In this document: positions 61,592 through 64,000 of the stretch, piece by piece | Layout: each line of letters opens with the position of its first letter | How positions within the stretch are numbered: position 1 is the stretch's first letter | Assembly: GCA_964387275.1 (NCBI GenBank) | Contig: CAYLVW010000004.1 | Location: forward strand, 10,525 to 74,524 | Length of the DNA: 64,000 nucleotides | From: an uncultured Candidatus Saccharibacteria bacterium | GTDB lineage: Bacteria > Patescibacteriota > WWE3 > UBA101185 > UBA10185 | Direction: 5' to 3' | Notes under the pieces: model-generated | The model's database searches: none | What the model saw: the letters and a program-made list of their open reading frames with translations, nothing else | Told to the model about the DNA's origin: nothing | Program-made: the position numbers and the translations under genes

Positions 61592-61628
61592 AAAAAAGGG
61601 ATGACTGCAATGTTTGCAATCAGCCCTC
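61592..61628 (-). terminator. Intrinsic terminator
   Basis: Minus strand AGGGCTGATTGCAA-ACA-TTGCAGTCATCCCT followed by a T tract. Confidence 0.75.
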
Positions 61629-61634
61629 TTAAGG

Positions 61635-61856
61635 TTACCTGACTATGTATTCCCTACCATCTCCCACGCAGTTCGTGGGGCATCTGTACAAGTATGAACT
61701 CAGCAAAATCATAAAATATGCATTATCGGGTGTAGTTCGAGCCTCAACTTCTTTATCGGTTAATTTAACCAGCTTATTGCCACAATCTCTACAGTAGTAT
61801 GGGAACATCCAACCGGTAAGGGGAAAATTCAAAATGAAAAGCCAGGTTTTTTTCAT
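61635..61856 (-). CDS. Small zinc-ribbon-like protein
   Basis: CRDCG..CPTNC; TTGACA-17-TACAAT promoter, SD AAAGGTGG and terminator. Confidence 0.65.
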   Translation of the reverse strand: MKKTWLFILNFPLTGWMFPYYCRDCGNKLVKLTDKEVEARTTPDNAYFMILLSSYLYRCPTNCVGDGREYIVR

Positions 61857-61944
61857 CCTAACCACCTTTCTGACAGTATTGTAATAGAAGAATAGCCGCA
61901 TGTCAAACTATAGGTTAATGTGTTGCTTGCTATATTGATTTGAA

Positions 61945-63102
61945 TTAGAAAATATAAAGCTCTTCTTGTGCTCTTGTTATACCTGTATACAGCCATTTTT
62001 TCCACATTTCATCATCCATTTGTTTAAATCTTTCCTCAAACATTATGACTCTTTTGGCTTGACTTCCCTGCGCTTTATGTACAGTAAGTGTGTATCCAAA
62101 ATCAAATAAGTCTCCTTTAGCTGCATTTTTTCGATCTTTGGTGAAGTTTACTCCTATAGTTGATCCAAACTGCGGTGCATAGATCAGTCCTGTGTAGGGT
62201 CTTGTAATGTCATCCATCTGGATTTCTGCTTCATACCAATCGGGTTCCTTCTTTTTTATTCTTAGTATTGTACCCAGCATCCCGTTATATATGCCTTTTT
62301 TATTATTATTTCTCAAACAAATTACTCTGTCTCCTGAAGAAGGATTTGGGTCATCAAACCCCAAATTACCTCTTATAAAATTATTAATTTTAATTCTTGT
62401 GTTGTTATATCCACAAAGTATTAGTGTGTCTGTTGAGTAACTTTCCAGCAATTCTCCGCTTATTGTTTGGCTGCAGGGATCTTCTCTGGAATACTTGATA
62501 ACTTTTTTACCGAACTCTTTTGGTGGTACCATCCCATTGTTTCTGGCTAATTGAGATACTTTAATGATTGGGTTGTCTTTTGCTTGTCTGTGTATCTCGG
62601 AAAGTAATATTTCTGGTTTTTCCATTAAATTGAAGGCTCCTTTTATAGGTGGCAACTGTCCGTGATCTCCAACTGCAAGTATTGGAACACCATAAGAAAG
62701 AAGGTCCCTCCATATCTCACTATCTACCATTGAAGCTTCATCTACCACTATTAACTCATTATCAATATTTTCTTTCTTTTCCCATCCGACTATTTCGGCA
62801 TTGCTATTTTCAATTGGGTTGTAGATGAGTCCATGTATTGTACTTATTGTATCTTTTGTGGAGATCGCTTCATGTTCTTTTAGTTTTATTTTAAGATTTT
62901 GAGTAGCTCTTCCCGTATAGCTGCAAAATGCGATCGAAATTTTATTACCTGATTTTAGTATTTCTTTTTTAAATACTGAAACTAAGGTTGTTTTTCCAGT
63001 ACCTGCGAAACCACCTAGAGTAATATATGGTTTCTTACCAGAGTTATTAAACCACTTTAATAATTGATCTAAAGCAAGTTTTTGATCATTAGAAAGTTCC
63101 AT
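61945..63102 (-). CDS. RecD/Dda-like SF1B ATP-dependent DNA helicase (stand-alone)
   Basis: GFAGTGKT, STIH, VDEASMV, GDHGQLPP, HRQA, TVHKAQGSQ and YTGITRA. Start at ATG 63102. Confidence 0.9.
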   Translation of the reverse strand: MELSNDQKLALDQLLKWFNNSGKKPYITLGGFAGTGKTTLVSVFKKEILKSGNKISIAFCSYTGRATQNLKIKLKEHEAISTKDTISTIHGLIYNPIENSNAEIVGWEKKENIDNELIVVDEASMVDSEIWRDLLSYGVPILAVGDHGQLPPIKGAFNLMEKPEILLSEIHRQAKDNPIIKVSQLARNNGMVPPKEFGKKVIKYSREDPCSQTISGELLESYSTDTLILCGYNNTRIKINNFIRGNLGFDDPNPSSGDRVICLRNNNKKGIYNGMLGTILRIKKKEPDWYEAEIQMDDITRPYTGLIYAPQFGSTIGVNFTKDRKNAAKGDLFDFGYTLTVHKAQGSQAKRVIMFEERFKQMDDEMWKKWLYTGITRAQEELYIF

Positions 63103-63217
63103 GCGTATTAAGATAGCACACTTTTTCATTTGAATAGGGGATTTTGAAATTTTAAGCCTATAAGTTATACTTTGCTCAGTTTCTGGTAGATCACTAGAAT
63201 CCAAAGAGGAGAACAAG

Positions 63218-63592
63218 ATGGGTGGAAATAGATTTTCTAATCTAAGTAGAGATTCTATTAGTAAGCCATGGGGTGAAAATGTAGAGCTTATGAAAAAACT
63301 TCTTCAAGAGCTCAATGAGGGAGCTTTTGGTAATCGCGGATCTATTCATGATGGGATTTCCACAAATCTAAGTATAAGGACCCTCGGGAGCTTTAATGGC
63401 CCAGCTATTACTTTTGAAGTAGAGTCATTGGGTTTCATTGTTCTTAGACCATTTAGTACTCTCGCTCTTGCTATGGTAGGTTTTAAGGAAAGTGAAGATG
63501 GTAGACTTTTGCCTTTTATCAAGCTTTCACTCTACGGGGAAGACGATATGGTTAAAACCTTGACTAAAGTTGCTACTCTCCTTAGAGGCTAG
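63218..63592 (+). CDS. Hypothetical protein
   Basis: SD GAGGAG, upstream TTGAAA-16-TATACT and a downstream terminator. Confidence 0.65.
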   Translation: MGGNRFSNLSRDSISKPWGENVELMKKLLQELNEGAFGNRGSIHDGISTNLSIRTLGSFNGPAITFEVESLGFIVLRPFSTLALAMVGFKESEDGRLLPFIKLSLYGEDDMVKTLTKVATLLRG

Positions 63593-63599
63593 GTTTTTC

Positions 63600-63642
63600 A
63601 ACGCTTGTGGATATCCCACGTCCATAAGCGTTTTCTGTTTTT
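63600..63642 (+). terminator. Intrinsic terminator
   Basis: Stem AACGCTTGTGGA/TCCATAAGCGTT followed by a T-rich tail. Confidence 0.75.
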
Positions 63643-63938
63643 ACTATATATCTGAATTTGGTAACTACACCAACTTCCTACTGTAGGGTTCAGAGTTTTT
63701 AATGTTTTATAAATTTCCTATAAGGCGTACAGTCTTTATGTAGTCATTATATATTTCTCTACATGTTCAAATTTATTTGGAATAATTTTTCTACTTAGAA
63801 CAAGTATCATACTGTGAATATACAATAATAAACTACCATACAAATAAATGTAGATTTATGAGACTTTAGGTTATGGAGCATTTACACTATATGTTTATAT
63901 CAACTTATATAGTTCTTACAATGTTATAATTGCGGTAT

Positions 63939-64000
63939 ATGATAAAGAATTTTCTTATATTCATACTAATTGTCTTAGCTGTGTCATTATTTGTAGTTTT
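63939..64000 (+). CDS. 5' end of a secreted or membrane protein, truncated by the window
   Basis: TGtTATAAT 8 nt before the ATG; MIKNFLIFILIVLAVSLFVV is signal-like. Confidence 0.55.
   Translation, partial: MIKNFLIFILIVLAVSLFVV

Noticed and set aside
54420-63592. Prophage call based on thyA, folA, Dda-like helicase and ORFans
   Set aside because: No structural, terminase or integrase genes; these genes are interleaved with housekeeping genes such as dus.
63645-63900. Possible gene remnant on the minus strand
   Set aside because: Only a short open stretch of under 50 codons with no start signal or recognisable similarity.

Overview
AT-rich bacterial chromosomal window with about 55 CDS and no rRNA, tRNA, transposase, integrase or cas gene that I can recognise. 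The gene content (fermentative enzymes, a giant LamG surface protein, a sortase, many ORFans, mostly leaderless starts) suggests a Patescibacteria/CPR genome, possibly WWE3- or Microgenomates-like; this is inference only. 1-13.6 kb is a surface-glycan locus: a GT2-flippase-GT4 fusion, GT2, deacetylase, methyltransferase, GT4, SDR, two GT-C proteins and a GH-like protein, followed by an LAATG-anchored protein and a sortase. Next come an rRNA pseudouridine synthase, a 1748-aa six-LamG protein, a Gld-type ABC transporter, sugar/acetate metabolism genes, three P-type ATPases, pyk, an OmpR two-component system, dut, a DEAD-box helicase, a CdaA-YbbR fusion, thyA, dus, folA and a RecD-like helicase. 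The most unusual signals are non-coding. (i) Five GC-rich hairpins/palindromes occur 5-9 kb apart, each centred on a switch from G/T-rich to A/C-rich sequence, and none is built like an intrinsic terminator. (ii) A six-copy 14-bp repeat array at 20.1-20.3 kb has spacers that fold into hairpins with ssDNA-type motifs. (iii) There are two gene-start architectures: leaderless genes, and solitary genes with a -35/-10 promoter, a strong SD and often a terminator. All calls come from reading motifs by eye; no searches were run.
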